NCBI GenBank assembly: GCA_964529025.1
Contig: CAZGUZ010000005.1
Coordinates: 18,129 to 73,154, forward strand
Direction of reading: 5' to 3'
DNA length: 55,026 nucleotides
DNA from: an uncultured Candidatus Saccharibacteria bacterium
GTDB taxonomy: Bacteria > Patescibacteriota > Minisyncoccia > Phycocordibacterales > PALSA-1337
In this document: in pieces, positions 18,074 to 28,510 of the stretch
Layout of the letters: the number at the start of each line of letters is the position of its first letter
Position numbering within the stretch: position 1 is the stretch's first letter
The notes under the pieces: generated by a model
What the model was told of the DNA's origin: nothing
Databases searched by the model: none
What the model saw: the letters and a program-made list of their open reading frames with translations, nothing else
Position numbers and translations under genes: made by a program

Positions 18074-19210
18074 CTACTTTTCGTGCGAAATACCGATTTC
18101 GAGCGCCGCTGTGGCTATTTTATGGGCCGCATCCTTAGGTGCAAAGTTCTTAGTAGCTTGCCGCATTACGTCATACACTCGAGTATCCTGCAATATTGAA
18201 TCAATCTGTGTGCACAAAATTGCCGAGCTAATATTGTGCTCTTCAATAACCTGGCATGCCCCTGTTTGAGCATATGCAAAAGCATTTTTTGTTTGATCAT
18301 GACTTACTTCTTCACGCAGAGGAATTATGATTGAAGGCTTTTCCCAAGCTGCAATTTCGAATATCGTTGAACCAGCTCGAGAAATTACGAGAGTTGCAAC
18401 TCCAGCAGCCATACGCATCCCTAAATCATTGATGTAATCAATTGGATGGTAGCGTGTTGCATACTTTGATTTTGCTAAGACAACTCCGCTAATCTGAGTC
18501 ACGTATGCTAAATTTGCTCGACCAGTTTGATGAATGATTTGATACTTTTCAAGAAGCTTTGGGAGTGATTCAACAATAACATCATTAATGAGCTGTGCTC
18601 CTTGTGAACCACCAAGAATTAAAAGCGTTGGCACATCGGTTTCAAGATTAAAGTGTTCAAAAGCTCCGTGAGTAATGGGTTGTAGAACACTTTGTCGCAT
18701 AGGGTTTCCTGTAACGGCAACTTTTTCGAGATCTTTCTTTTTAAAGTATTTTGCAGCTTGTGGGTATGAAATTGCTATCTTTTTTGCAAAAGGAGCCGAC
18801 CATAGTGTTACAACACCAGGTGCACTATCAGACTCATGAATAATTACGGGTATTCGTAAAATCCGTGCAGCAACGAGTGGAGGAAAACTTGCATACCCCC
18901 CTTTGCTGATAACTACATCAGGATAGATTTTATAGAGTTCAATTACTGAAGAAAATATACCGCTTATCGTTTTGAAAATATCGGTAAAATTGAGCACAGA
19001 AAAATATCGGCGATACTTACCCGCTGATATTGGTATAAATTGTATATTACGATCAAAAAGCGCTCGGGGATTATATGGAGTTGGCGCTATGTAATAAAAA
19101 GCTGGAGTGATAATTTTTTGAGCAGCAGAAATATCGATCATTGCATCTGCAATTGCAATGAGTGGGTAAAAATGTCCTCCTGTAGCACCTCCTGTAAATA
19201 CTATTTTCAT
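18074..19210 (-). CDS. murG: UDP-GlcNAc:lipid I GlcNAc transferase MurG
   Basis: 378 aa with an N-terminal GGTGGHFYP motif and GT28 layout. Adjacent to ftsW. Confidence 0.9.
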   Translation of the reverse strand: MKIVFTGGATGGHFYPLIAIADAMIDISAAQKIITPAFYYIAPTPYNPRALFDRNIQFIPISAGKYRRYFSVLNFTDIFKTISGIFSSVIELYKIYPDVVISKGGYASFPPLVAARILRIPVIIHESDSAPGVVTLWSAPFAKKIAISYPQAAKYFKKKDLEKVAVTGNPMRQSVLQPITHGAFEHFNLETDVPTLLILGGSQGAQLINDVIVESLPKLLEKYQIIHQTGRANLAYVTQISGVVLAKSKYATRYHPIDYINDLGMRMAAGVATLVISRAGSTIFEIAAWEKPSIIIPLREEVSHDQTKNAFAYAQTGACQVIEEHNISSAILCTQIDSILQDTRVYDVMRQATKNFAPKDAAHKIATAALEIGISHEK

Positions 19211-19215
19211 ATTTT

Positions 19216-20349
19216 TTAATTTATTTCTTCTGCTACAACTATATCATTTCCAACTTTTTTCTTATGTCGAGAAATGTTAGCAATGAGACCCACCGAAGTT
19301 AATATGATTGCCAATGCTGTTCCTCCGTGGCTAACAAAAAGTAATGGTTGCCCCGAGAGTGGTAATAAACCGATCATTGAACTAATATTCATAAAAGACT
19401 CTACGATAATAAGTATAACAACTCCTACGATAATGAGTCCACCAAAAGCATCGGGCGCTTTTTGAGCAATTTTGAGCGACCTCCATGCCAAAGCAACATA
19501 CAGACCGATGAGTAAAATACTTCCGACGAAGCCGAACTCTTCGGCTTGCACGGCAAATATTGAGTCACCAATAGGTTCGGGCAAATAATAAAATTTTTGT
19601 AGACTCTGACCAAAACCTCGGCCAAACATTTGCCCTGAACCAACCGCAATGAGCGATTGCTGAATCTGGTAACTTGAACCGCTAGGATCACGACTTGGAT
19701 CGAAGTACGTAAGTATTCGGTCACGTGCATATGGACGCACAATAATAATACCCGAGACAACGACGAGTCCGAAACCACAAATAAGAGCAATGTGACGCAG
19801 TTTTGCCCCTGCAGCTAAGAGCATGGTAATTCCTGTAGCGCCAATAACAACGAGGGTGTCGGTATCTGATTGAGCAATAAGTAATGTACAAATAATACCG
19901 AGTATTACTAAAAATGGGATAAGTCCTCGTGTTATTGATTCAAGGCTATTCTTTCGAGAAGAAAGCCACCCTGCACAATACACAATGTACATTATTTTAA
20001 GCACTTCTGATGGTTGAAAAGAGGTGATGCCGATATCTATCCATCGAACTGCCCCACCATGTTCAATTCCAATTCCTGGAATAAATAAAATAAGATTGAG
20101 TCCAATTGCTCCAAGTAAGCCCATAAAAGCATAGCTCCTCCAGAAGCGATAATGGATATGTGACACTATAAAAAAACCTGCGAAACCGAGCAGTAAACTG
20201 AGTGCTTGTGTAAGTGCAATACCAGTCATATCAGGGCCATTGCGAGTAAGTAAACCGAGGCTCGCAGAAATAAAAATACCAAAGCCACATAAAGAAATAA
20301 TCAATATGAGGAGTAAGAACGGACGGTCAATGTGTGATTCGTGATTCAT
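19216..20349 (-). CDS. ftsW: SEDS family peptidoglycan polymerase (FtsW/RodA)
   Basis: Multi-TM protein with SEDS motifs (...QPSE..K...) . Start moved to ATG 20349, just after the upstream TAG (20351-20353); the longer ORF to 20442 overlaps the upstream gene. Confidence 0.88.
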   Translation of the reverse strand: MNHESHIDRPFLLLILIISLCGFGIFISASLGLLTRNGPDMTGIALTQALSLLLGFAGFFIVSHIHYRFWRSYAFMGLLGAIGLNLILFIPGIGIEHGGAVRWIDIGITSFQPSEVLKIMYIVYCAGWLSSRKNSLESITRGLIPFLVILGIICTLLIAQSDTDTLVVIGATGITMLLAAGAKLRHIALICGFGLVVVSGIIIVRPYARDRILTYFDPSRDPSGSSYQIQQSLIAVGSGQMFGRGFGQSLQKFYYLPEPIGDSIFAVQAEEFGFVGSILLIGLYVALAWRSLKIAQKAPDAFGGLIIVGVVILIIVESFMNISSMIGLLPLSGQPLLFVSHGGTALAIILTSVGLIANISRHKKKVGNDIVVAEEIN

Positions 20350-20350
20350 A

Positions 20351-21430
20351 CTATTGAATAAATGGTGCAAAGCTTGATAATTGCTTAATTCCATTAAGAA
20401 CAAGTGCCATGTCTTTTGTTCTCGATTGTGATCTAAGTACAACTGCTACAATATAAGTATCTTTTATAGGACTCTCGGTAACTAAAAGCAAAGCTTGCCC
20501 TGCTCGTGCTGTTGTTCCGGTTTTTCCTCCAACTACAGGCCATGGAATTGATTCATCGGTCAGACTTCCATTGGTATTCTTAAGAGTAATCTCTACCCCA
20601 TCTGAACGAGTAAATGAGTGCGTGGTAAGGCGAGATAATGCCAATATATCGGGACGATTCTTAATTAAGTAAGCACCTAGAATAGCAACGTCGCGTGGTG
20701 TTGCCATATTTGAAGCATGGGCTTCATCGAGGCCAGTTGCATTTACAAATTTTGTCCCCGTCATTCCAATTTCTTTTGACATAGAGTTCATTGTTTCGAC
20801 AAAATCTTTTACTCCGTGGAGTTCAGCAAGGGCCTCAATAGCAACATTATTTGAAGGTATTACAATAGCTGGAATAAGGTCTTCTTTTGTCCAGCGGTCA
20901 CCAATGGTAAAAAGTGTATCATTAGGATAAACAGCTTTTGTCGACGTACTGATAACGACCGATGTTGTTGCGGGAGCGGTAAGATCTGATGTAACCAAAG
21001 CCATCATCTTACTAATACTTGCTATAGGAAAAGCTGTTCTACCACGACGAGAATAAATTGTTTCTACATTGTTAGTATTGGTATTGATAGTGAGTACGTA
21101 TATACCTTCGGCAGTAACTTGAGCAAAAGGATCCTGTAATGTTGCCGATACCACATCTTGGCGCGAAGGCTGTGCCAAGCTTGCAGCAATCTGAACGTCG
21201 GATGGAAAATTTTCAGCAATAATCCTATCGTTTATGCTGCGGATCTCTGCAAGTGATTTGCGACGCTCATCAGTTGTTGAAGGTATTTTAGGGCGCAAAT
21301 TCATTGGAGGCTGTGTATTTGTTGTTACTGGCATTGGCGTCTGAGCCCGAGAATCAAAATAAATACCGAGGCCAGCAAAGCCCAAGAGCATTAGTGCAAT
21401 TAGTATTGTTCGTACTCGAAGATGAAACAT
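20351..21430 (-). CDS. D-alanyl-D-alanine carboxypeptidase (S11 penicillin-binding protein)
   Basis: 359 aa with a signal/TM segment and the three PBP motifs SISK (SxxK), SNN (SxN) and KTGT. Confidence 0.85.
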   Translation of the reverse strand: MFHLRVRTILIALMLLGFAGLGIYFDSRAQTPMPVTTNTQPPMNLRPKIPSTTDERRKSLAEIRSINDRIIAENFPSDVQIAASLAQPSRQDVVSATLQDPFAQVTAEGIYVLTINTNTNNVETIYSRRGRTAFPIASISKMMALVTSDLTAPATTSVVISTSTKAVYPNDTLFTIGDRWTKEDLIPAIVIPSNNVAIEALAELHGVKDFVETMNSMSKEIGMTGTKFVNATGLDEAHASNMATPRDVAILGAYLIKNRPDILALSRLTTHSFTRSDGVEITLKNTNGSLTDESIPWPVVGGKTGTTARAGQALLLVTESPIKDTYIVAVVLRSQSRTKDMALVLNGIKQLSSFAPFIQ

Positions 21431-21431
21431 G

Positions 21432-21983
21432 CTACGTATTGTTTTTTGTGTGCACTAAAACTTCACTGCGGATCTTTTCAAAATCTGGCAAGTCTTCTAT
21501 TTTGGTAATACCTAAATGAGCCAAGAGATCGAAAGTCGGAGAATACAAAGAACGTCGCTCATCCTGAGGATCGTCTTTCTTTTCAATGAGGCCGCGGATA
21601 AGTAAGTTGCGGATAATAAATTGTGATTGTACTCCGCGTATATACTCAATATCGGCTCGTGAAATTGGCCCCATATATGCAATTATGGTTAAAGTTTCTA
21701 TGCCGGCTTTTCCAATGTCAGTTTGCAATTCCTGCTGAGCTAGTTCTGCTATAAAGCTTTTCTCTTGTGGAGCAGTTACAAGACAGACTTCTAGACTATT
21801 ACCTTCCCCAAGTCGAGCTAAGCGTAAACCACTCGAAATATTCAGACGTTCTTCGAGAGATTTTAAGGCTGAGGTAATATTCTCGGCACTTTCTTGTGTA
21901 ATTTTTTCTATATATGAAAACTTTACAGGTTCCCCTTTCCAAAAAAGTAAAGCCTCAATTTTTTGCTCAAGATTTTGCGACAT
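21432..21983 (-). CDS. scpB: Segregation and condensation protein B
   Basis: IEALLFWKGEP... and a winged-helix ScpB layout. Start chosen at ATG 21983 because TATACT (21995-21990) lies 6 nt upstream. An alternative start at 22001 overlaps the scpA stop. Confidence 0.85.
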   Translation of the reverse strand: MSQNLEQKIEALLFWKGEPVKFSYIEKITQESAENITSALKSLEERLNISSGLRLARLGEGNSLEVCLVTAPQEKSFIAELAQQELQTDIGKAGIETLTIIAYMGPISRADIEYIRGVQSQFIIRNLLIRGLIEKKDDPQDERRSLYSPTFDLLAHLGITKIEDLPDFEKIRSEVLVHTKNNT

Positions 21984-22000
21984 AGTTACAGTATACCGCA

Positions 22001-22726
22001 TTACATATAACGAGGTGTACCCACATTTTTGGTTTCAATGTGAATATCTGTTGTGTGATTATGCTGATTTGCCTCAACAACACCTTGTTTAACTAATTCA
22101 AGCAAAGCTAAAAAGCTTACAATCACATTAACCTTTTCACCTTTGTGCTCAGCAGAAAAATCTTTAAAGGTCATTTTGAGCTTCTCAGTTACGCGACGTG
22201 ACAATGTGTCGATCATTTCTTCAAGACTAACAACCTTTTTGAGGGTAGCTTGGGGAATTGATTCGGTCTTTGGAATTCGGGCAAGGATGTTTCGTAGTGT
22301 TTCAAACATGCGAGATGTAGTAATTGAGCTATGCGGTGCAAAAACATTAATACGCTCAATATGCGATCGAGTAAACGTAGGTTCTGTACCGAACTTTTCT
22401 TTGAGTATGAGGCTTTGATTTTTTATTAAACTATATGCTTTAAGTCTGCGCTCCAAATCTTGTGTGTCTTCTTTTTCTTCTTCAGTCAGTGTGAGGCTGG
22501 GTAAAAGCGACTTTGATTTAATTAAAAGGAGTGTCGAAGCAATAAGTATAAATGACGAGATATCGCCAAGGTCTTTTGTTTCCATTCCTTGAATGTATGC
22601 AATATAATCGTCAGTCACCTGAGCAAGTGAAATATCATTCACAAAAAGCTTGCGCTTTTCAATAAGCTCGAGTAGAACATCGAGTGGTCCTTCATAGTGC
22701 TGCTGTTTAATAGTGTATTTGACCAT
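22001..22726 (-). CDS. scpA: Segregation and condensation protein A
   Basis: YEGPLDVLLELIEKRKL... is the ScpA N-terminal signature. Start at ATG 22726, with TATAAG at 22738-22733 6 nt upstream. Confidence 0.85.
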   Translation of the reverse strand: MVKYTIKQQHYEGPLDVLLELIEKRKLFVNDISLAQVTDDYIAYIQGMETKDLGDISSFILIASTLLLIKSKSLLPSLTLTEEEKEDTQDLERRLKAYSLIKNQSLILKEKFGTEPTFTRSHIERINVFAPHSSITTSRMFETLRNILARIPKTESIPQATLKKVVSLEEMIDTLSRRVTEKLKMTFKDFSAEHKGEKVNVIVSFLALLELVKQGVVEANQHNHTTDIHIETKNVGTPRYM

Positions 22727-22778
22727 AGAGTGCTTATAGTATACCGCACAAAACAAGCAGGTTTTGTACTCTACAAAA

Positions 22779-23774
22779 CTACCGAGTAATAAAGCCCCTC
22801 GTCTTTGCCCCAAAGTACCCAAGCGCAGGAGTAATACCCTTAGCTTGTTGGAATTTAATAAGAGCAGACTGTGTAAGAGTACCGAAGTAGCCAGTAGCGT
22901 AGCCTGACTCTAGGTAGCCTTGTTGTATGAGGAAGTTTTGGAGTTCTGTGACATCAGAGCCACGTGAGCCAAGGAAGAGGTCACGGGTATAGGTGGTTTG
23001 AGTTGTTGTTTGTGATGAAGGTGTTGTTGAGGTTTGTGGTTTAGTTGGAGCTGTAGGAGTACTTGGTGTGATTGGAGTTTGAACTGGAGTACCAAGAGCA
23101 TTCACGAAAGTGCGTGTAATAGGGCCAAAGTAGCCTGATGCTGGTGTAATACCAACAGATGCTTGGAATCGTGCAAGTGCTGCTTGTGTTCTTGATCCAA
23201 ATACATTGATTTCATTACCTGGAGAACCTGGTCCTGTTGTAGATATGATGTATCCTCGAGAGTTGAGGAAGCGTTGGAGAGCAATGACATCGGTTCCGAC
23301 AGAACCGAAGGTGAGGTCGCGGGTGAATATAGTGGTATTAGAGCTTGTGGTTGGTGGTAGTACGAGAGTTGGGAGTGGTGTTGTTGGAGTAACTGGGGCT
23401 GTTGATGTGGCTGATGGTGATATACGTGAGCCTCCCCCTCCTCCGCGGCGGCGGGATGGGGTTGCCGAAGCATCACAAGCAGATGTAGTAAATGATGTTG
23501 TTTGTGTTGTTGTACCGTACGTATTTACTGCAAAAGCTTGTACGTAGTAGGTAGTGTTACATGTAAGATCTGAGAGTGTGTACTCGTGAGTACTGAGACT
23601 GTATCTTCCTTCTGTGGTGGTGCTCATACCATATGCTAGTGATGTTCCGTAGTTAAAGCCTCGTGTGTGTGCTGGAGAGAAGCCGACGTCGGTGATGCTT
23701 GCTGATACTGTTGCTCCTGTCTGTGAAATGCTTGTTGTGGTGATTGAAGAGAGGGTGGTAGTGGGGGTAAGAGA
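22779..23774 (-). repeat. Dispersed ~1-kb repeat, copy 2
   Basis: Same orientation as copy 1, about 12 kb away. Confidence 0.85.
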
Positions 23775-26603
23775 TACAACATATAATTCACTACCATACT
23801 GCGGAGTACTTGCAGAAAAATAAAGCTTATGAGTAATCTCCTGAAAACTTAAATATGGCAAAGAAAGTGAAGAACCTATCCCTTCTACAATATCCGCAAA
23901 TAAATAAGTACCCTCTGAAGTTCCATCCGTCTTCCATAGCTCTCTACCATGCTCAGAGTCAAAACCAACGAAATAAAATGTCTCTCCCACATTTTCATAG
24001 TTATTACCTCGAGAGTTATAGCCGCTACCTGAACTCACTCTTGAGTTTGAGGCGTATGCACCGTCAATTGTACCCGTACCTACATCCTCGAGTGGCGTAG
24101 AAGTTGTAGAAAAACCATCTGTAAACCACCATTCATAACCATATACTGGATGATCGAAGCTATAATAAATACCTCGAGTGGTCGGAACCATACCAATACT
24201 TGCAGACTCACTCGAAGTTGTCTTGAGTTGATGGATTGGAATTGTCCCCTCTGTTGTTCCATCAGATCGCCATAAACTAGTTTCATTGCTATTTCCCGCA
24301 TCTGAATTTCCTATAAAATACAAGTATCCATTACTCGAGACAATTAACCTGTCGACAATTGCATTGGATGAACTAATTGGCAAATTCTTTACAAGATATG
24401 TACCTGCAGATGTACCGTCGGTTCTTATAAGATCATAGCTACCAGTTCCGTCTGTCATTGAAAGATAAACAACTCCGTTGAGAATATCACCTTGAAAGTG
24501 TCCTGAATTTACTATTTGTCCACTTGCTCCCGTAGCAAAATTCTTTACTAAATATGTACCAGCATCGGTACCATCTGATGTCCACAGCTCTTTACCATTA
24601 GTTCCGTCATCTGCAAAAAAATACAATGATGATGTACCAGCCACAAAACCACCAGGACTTGAGCCTGTCGAACCACTCCGTATATCTTTTACCAACACTG
24701 TTCCCACCTCGGTACCGTCACTTACCCACAATTCAACACCTGAGGTTGCAGTATTAACAGTAAAAAATAACTTATCGTTAATAATTAATGAGTTTCTATC
24801 GTTACTTGAGCTTGGGTATGAGCTTGCACTTCCTGCATTTATATCTTTTACCATCATTGTTCCACCCTCTGTAAAGTCGGTTTTCCAGAGTTCGGTTCCA
24901 TTTACGCCATCATTATAAAAGAAATAAAATTCCGTACCGATTTTACCCAAAACTTCAAATGGGGATATATTTGGAACAACCAAAGAAGTCGAGCTCTCAG
25001 TACCATCAGTCTGCCATAAACCATAGTTTGAGGCCTGGTTAGTTGCATAAAAATAAGTTTCATCATCCCTGAATAAAAATCTGGATAGATTTGAACCCAC
25101 GTCTCCATTCGCAATATTCTTTACCATGACTGTACCCTCCTCTGTTCCATCCGTCCTCCACAACTCTGTACCATCAATTCCATTGTTTGCTGGAAAATAA
25201 ACATATGAACCAAAAGATACGAATTGAACAATTGGAGAAGATGGTGAAAATAGCGAAGGGGTAAAAGCGTATGTAGTCAAAGAGCTTGAAGAACCAGAAT
25301 AAATATCTTTTACTCGAATAGTACCGCTTTCAGTTCCATCGGTCTTCCATAATTCTCTGCCAGAGGTTCCATCATCAATACCAAGAATTAAACTTGTTCC
25401 ATTAAGGAGAGCGGTCGGAGAAAACATTGATATTCCACCAGAAGCATTGATGTTTTTAATCATAACGGTACCCACTTCTGTTCCATCTGATTTCCACAAT
25501 TCTATACCATTTACACCATCGTCTGCGGTGAAAATTATATTGTCTCCAAGCACTGCAATAATTGCAGGACTAGAACTAGCAATACCGGGGTTAATGTCTT
25601 TCACCATGACAGTTCCAGTCTCGGTTCCGTCAGATTTCCACAATTCTATGCCATGCGTACTATCTGAAGCGCCAAAATACACCAGGTCACCATGCGCTTT
25701 TAAATTAGTAAAAGTTGGGCTACTACTTCCAGTATTAATATCCTTTACCATATAAGTACCTGTTGCAGTACCATCGGTTTTCCATAATTCATTTCCAAAT
25801 AAGCTGTCATCAGCCGTGAAAAATACTGAGGTTGTTGACACAGTAAAATTTGCTGGACTAGAGCCTTGGGCACCTGCTCTAATATCTTTTATCATTACTG
25901 TACCTGTAGCAGTTCCGTTTGATGACCATAATTCATTTTGATTTCCCAAGGAAAGTGACGCACTAAAAATAAGTAGTCCATTGAGATTTACCAATGAGTT
26001 TTGGGCCATGCGCAGCGAAGTATTCGAGACTTGTACCGTTCCACTTGCTGTTCCATCAGTCCTCCAAAGATTAATTGCGCTACCTCCGGTAATGTTAGCT
26101 GCATAATATATTTGATTATCTACTTGAACCACATTTCCTGCATTAGTAGTAAGGCCCTGAGTGCCTGAACGTGCATCAAGAATAATACTTGTACCCTCTT
26201 CGGTTCCATCTGTCCTCCAAAGTTCCTGTCCATAGACACTTGAATACGGGAAAATAATCCAATATGGATCTATAAAACCATAGTAAAGACCTCCACCGCC
26301 ATTACTACCCACTTCTATGTCAGCAATACGATTTGTTCCCTCAGCTGTGCCATCTGATCTCCACCATTCAAAACCCGACTCTATATCATCAGCAAGAAGG
26401 ATAAAATGACCACCTGAAGTTGAAGCTGTGTGGAGACTTACATAAGAACCATTCGGAACAGCTGCTATATTTTTTACTAACTGAGGAACAGCGGCAGCTT
26501 GAGCATAATTTATTCCGTAAGCAAAAAAGGCAACTAACACAAGCAGTGCTAATGCATATTTACGTATAGTTATAAAAAATCGAGAGGTCGCAAAAATAGA
26601 CAT
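22779..26603 (-). CDS. Secreted ELWxxDGT-repeat beta-propeller protein with two C-terminal peptidoglycan-binding domains (paralog of 9837..13535)
   Basis: 1274 aa with a signal peptide, many ELW[KRV][TS]DGT repeats, an Ig/FN3-like module, SRRRGGGGGS and two PG_binding_1-like repeats. Confidence 0.9.
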   Translation of the reverse strand: MSIFATSRFFITIRKYALALLVLVAFFAYGINYAQAAAVPQLVKNIAAVPNGSYVSLHTASTSGGHFILLADDIESGFEWWRSDGTAEGTNRIADIEVGSNGGGGLYYGFIDPYWIIFPYSSVYGQELWRTDGTEEGTSIILDARSGTQGLTTNAGNVVQVDNQIYYAANITGGSAINLWRTDGTASGTVQVSNTSLRMAQNSLVNLNGLLIFSASLSLGNQNELWSSNGTATGTVMIKDIRAGAQGSSPANFTVSTTSVFFTADDSLFGNELWKTDGTATGTYMVKDINTGSSSPTFTNLKAHGDLVYFGASDSTHGIELWKSDGTETGTVMVKDINPGIASSSPAIIAVLGDNIIFTADDGVNGIELWKSDGTEVGTVMIKNINASGGISMFSPTALLNGTSLILGIDDGTSGRELWKTDGTESGTIRVKDIYSGSSSSLTTYAFTPSLFSPSSPIVQFVSFGSYVYFPANNGIDGTELWRTDGTEEGTVMVKNIANGDVGSNLSRFLFRDDETYFYATNQASNYGLWQTDGTESSTSLVVPNISPFEVLGKIGTEFYFFYNDGVNGTELWKTDFTEGGTMMVKDINAGSASSYPSSSNDRNSLIINDKLFFTVNTATSGVELWVSDGTEVGTVLVKDIRSGSTGSSPGGFVAGTSSLYFFADDGTNGKELWTSDGTDAGTYLVKNFATGASGQIVNSGHFQGDILNGVVYLSMTDGTGSYDLIRTDGTSAGTYLVKNLPISSSNAIVDRLIVSSNGYLYFIGNSDAGNSNETSLWRSDGTTEGTIPIHQLKTTSSESASIGMVPTTRGIYYSFDHPVYGYEWWFTDGFSTTSTPLEDVGTGTIDGAYASNSRVSSGSGYNSRGNNYENVGETFYFVGFDSEHGRELWKTDGTSEGTYLFADIVEGIGSSLSLPYLSFQEITHKLYFSASTPQYGSELYVVSLTPTTTLSSITTTSISQTGATVSASITDVGFSPAHTRGFNYGTSLAYGMSTTTEGRYSLSTHEYTLSDLTCNTTYYVQAFAVNTYGTTTQTTSFTTSACDASATPSRRRGGGGGSRISPSATSTAPVTPTTPLPTLVLPPTTSSNTTIFTRDLTFGSVGTDVIALQRFLNSRGYIISTTGPGSPGNEINVFGSRTQAALARFQASVGITPASGYFGPITRTFVNALGTPVQTPITPSTPTAPTKPQTSTTPSSQTTTQTTYTRDLFLGSRGSDVTELQNFLIQQGYLESGYATGYFGTLTQSALIKFQQAKGITPALGYFGAKTRGFITR

Positions 26604-26676
26604 GTAAAATTGGCGTGTCAGCCTAACAAACCTATTATACTGTGCTGATTGAGTAAAACTGCGGACTTATCAACAA

Positions 26677-27123
26677 TTATTTAAGTGAATGTATTACCAC
26701 ACCACAACTTCCCTTTTTTCCAAGAACCGTAAAAGTAAGTTTATGAGTTCCAACTTCTTTAAGAGGTTTAATTGAGCCAAATGCTTCGGCTGCAATATCA
26801 ACATTGAGCTGCTTTTTGAATTCTGGAATAATTTCGTTAATATGAATTCCCGCAAAAAGGTGACCTTTTTCATTGGCTGGCAGTGTGAGAGTGATTTCTT
26901 TATCGCAGAGTGTTGCAAAATTCTTAAGAGCCAAATCGTCATGAACTTTCTTTTCGCCAGCAATTCGCTGCTGTTCGAGCTTCATTCTCTTACTATTTTC
27001 TGGTGTTGCTGGCAATGCTAAACCACGAGGAATAAGCGAGTTAAGTGCAAAACCTTGTGCTACATCTTTTTCTTCGTACTTTTTACCTACTTTTGGAACG
27101 TCTTTAATAAGAATGATTTTCAT
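26677..27123 (-). CDS. rplI: 50S ribosomal protein L9
   Basis: MKIILIKDVPKVGKKYEEKDVAQGFALNSLIPRGLA is the L9 N-terminal domain. 148 aa. Confidence 0.9.
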   Translation of the reverse strand: MKIILIKDVPKVGKKYEEKDVAQGFALNSLIPRGLALPATPENSKRMKLEQQRIAGEKKVHDDLALKNFATLCDKEITLTLPANEKGHLFAGIHINEIIPEFKKQLNVDIAAEAFGSIKPLKEVGTHKLTFTVLGKKGSCGVVIHSLK

Positions 27124-27132
27124 ACCTATACA

Positions 27133-28434
27133 CTACGGCATTGCCTTTAATAATTCAATAGCCTTGTCTAATTGAGGATCTTGTTGTGCTTTAATTTGTT
27201 CTGGCGTTATCTTTACTTCGTAATCAGGAACAAGGCCGTCCTTAGATAGATTGTGACCATTTGGAGTAAACCAACGAGCAACTGTTACCTTGAGAGATGT
27301 CTCGGGAGTAATTTTAACAAGCTCTTGTACAGAACCTTTTCCGAAAGTTTTTGTTCCGACAAGCTTTGCTTTACCATGTTCACGAAGCGCTCCGGCCAAA
27401 ATTTCGGCAGCCGATGCTGTTCCCCCATCGACAAGAATCATCATTTGGAGCTTTTCGTTAAAGACATTGTAGCCCTTACTCTTGTACAAACGCTCATCAT
27501 GATCTTTTCCAAAGTCTTCTTTAAGAATCACCTTTCCTGCTGGCAAGAACCATGAGGCCATGTCCCACGCGGCTTCTAAATAGCCACCTGGATTACCGCG
27601 CAAATCAAGAATAAGCTTATGTGATCCTGAATCAATAAATTCTCGCAAAGCGGAGCGGAAAAGCTTTGGCGATTCAGAGGTAAAGCTAAAGAGTCGCAAA
27701 ACGAATACACCATCACGAAGCTTTGAGCCACTAGCAGCATTTGCAATTGTTGAGGAACCTGTTGCATTTGGTATACGAACTTCGGTTTCGACAGTTGGAT
27801 AGTCAATAATATCGCGAGTTACCACGATATCAATTGGCTTTGGAGAACCTTCACGATTTACGGTAAGCTTTACGGTTGTTCCCTTTGGACCACGAATCTT
27901 TTTAATTGCTTGATCAACAGAAACTGAAACTACGTTTTCGCCGTCAATTGCAATTATTTTGTCTCCGGTGAGTACTCCGGCTTTTTCGGCTGGGCTATTC
28001 TTGAGCGGTGCCACAACAGTAAGATATTCATCTTTTTTACCAACTTCCATTCCTATGCCTTCAAATTTTCCAGAAATATCTTGAGCAAAAATTTTTGCTT
28101 CTTCTGGAGGAAAGAATACAGTATAAGGGTCGCCTTGTGCTGCAACCATTCCTTTAATAGCTCCCCACAGTTTATCTTGCTCAGTAGTTGAAGCTGCATT
28201 AGCGCCAGCATATTTTTGTTCGAGCAAATTCCAGGTTTTCCAAAACGGAGCAAATTCATCAACACTTAAAGCGGGATCATTTACACCTTGTGCAGCAAGA
28301 GCAGCCGCAGCAGCTGCAGGAACTTTAGCTTGCTTTGTTGTCGCAGTGTACTGGCCAAAAGAAAAAGCGCCGGCAACAAGCAAAACAACAACAACGATTT
28401 TTACTACGAGTGCTTCAAGTTTGATCGGGGTCAT
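27133..28434 (-). CDS. Carboxy-terminal processing protease (S41 family, PDZ-containing)
   Basis: 433 aa with an N-terminal TM helix, a PDZ segment (GDKIIAIDG) and the S41 motifs DLRGNPGGYL and GTASAAEILAGAL. Confidence 0.9.
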   Translation of the reverse strand: MTPIKLEALVVKIVVVVLLVAGAFSFGQYTATTKQAKVPAAAAAALAAQGVNDPALSVDEFAPFWKTWNLLEQKYAGANAASTTEQDKLWGAIKGMVAAQGDPYTVFFPPEEAKIFAQDISGKFEGIGMEVGKKDEYLTVVAPLKNSPAEKAGVLTGDKIIAIDGENVVSVSVDQAIKKIRGPKGTTVKLTVNREGSPKPIDIVVTRDIIDYPTVETEVRIPNATGSSTIANAASGSKLRDGVFVLRLFSFTSESPKLFRSALREFIDSGSHKLILDLRGNPGGYLEAAWDMASWFLPAGKVILKEDFGKDHDERLYKSKGYNVFNEKLQMMILVDGGTASAAEILAGALREHGKAKLVGTKTFGKGSVQELVKITPETSLKVTVARWFTPNGHNLSKDGLVPDYEVKITPEQIKAQQDPQLDKAIELLKAMP

Positions 28435-28498
28435 GCATATAGTATCTCAAACTTTATGCATTGCGCCTAGTGTGGATGACGTAAAATTAAAATTACGG

Positions 28499-28504
28499 TA
28501 TACT
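28499..28504 (+). promoter_or_regulatory. -10 box (TATACT) 6 nt upstream of the cysS ATG
   Basis: TATACT-atgcac-ATG(28511). Confidence 0.5.
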
Positions 28505-28510
28505 ATGCAC

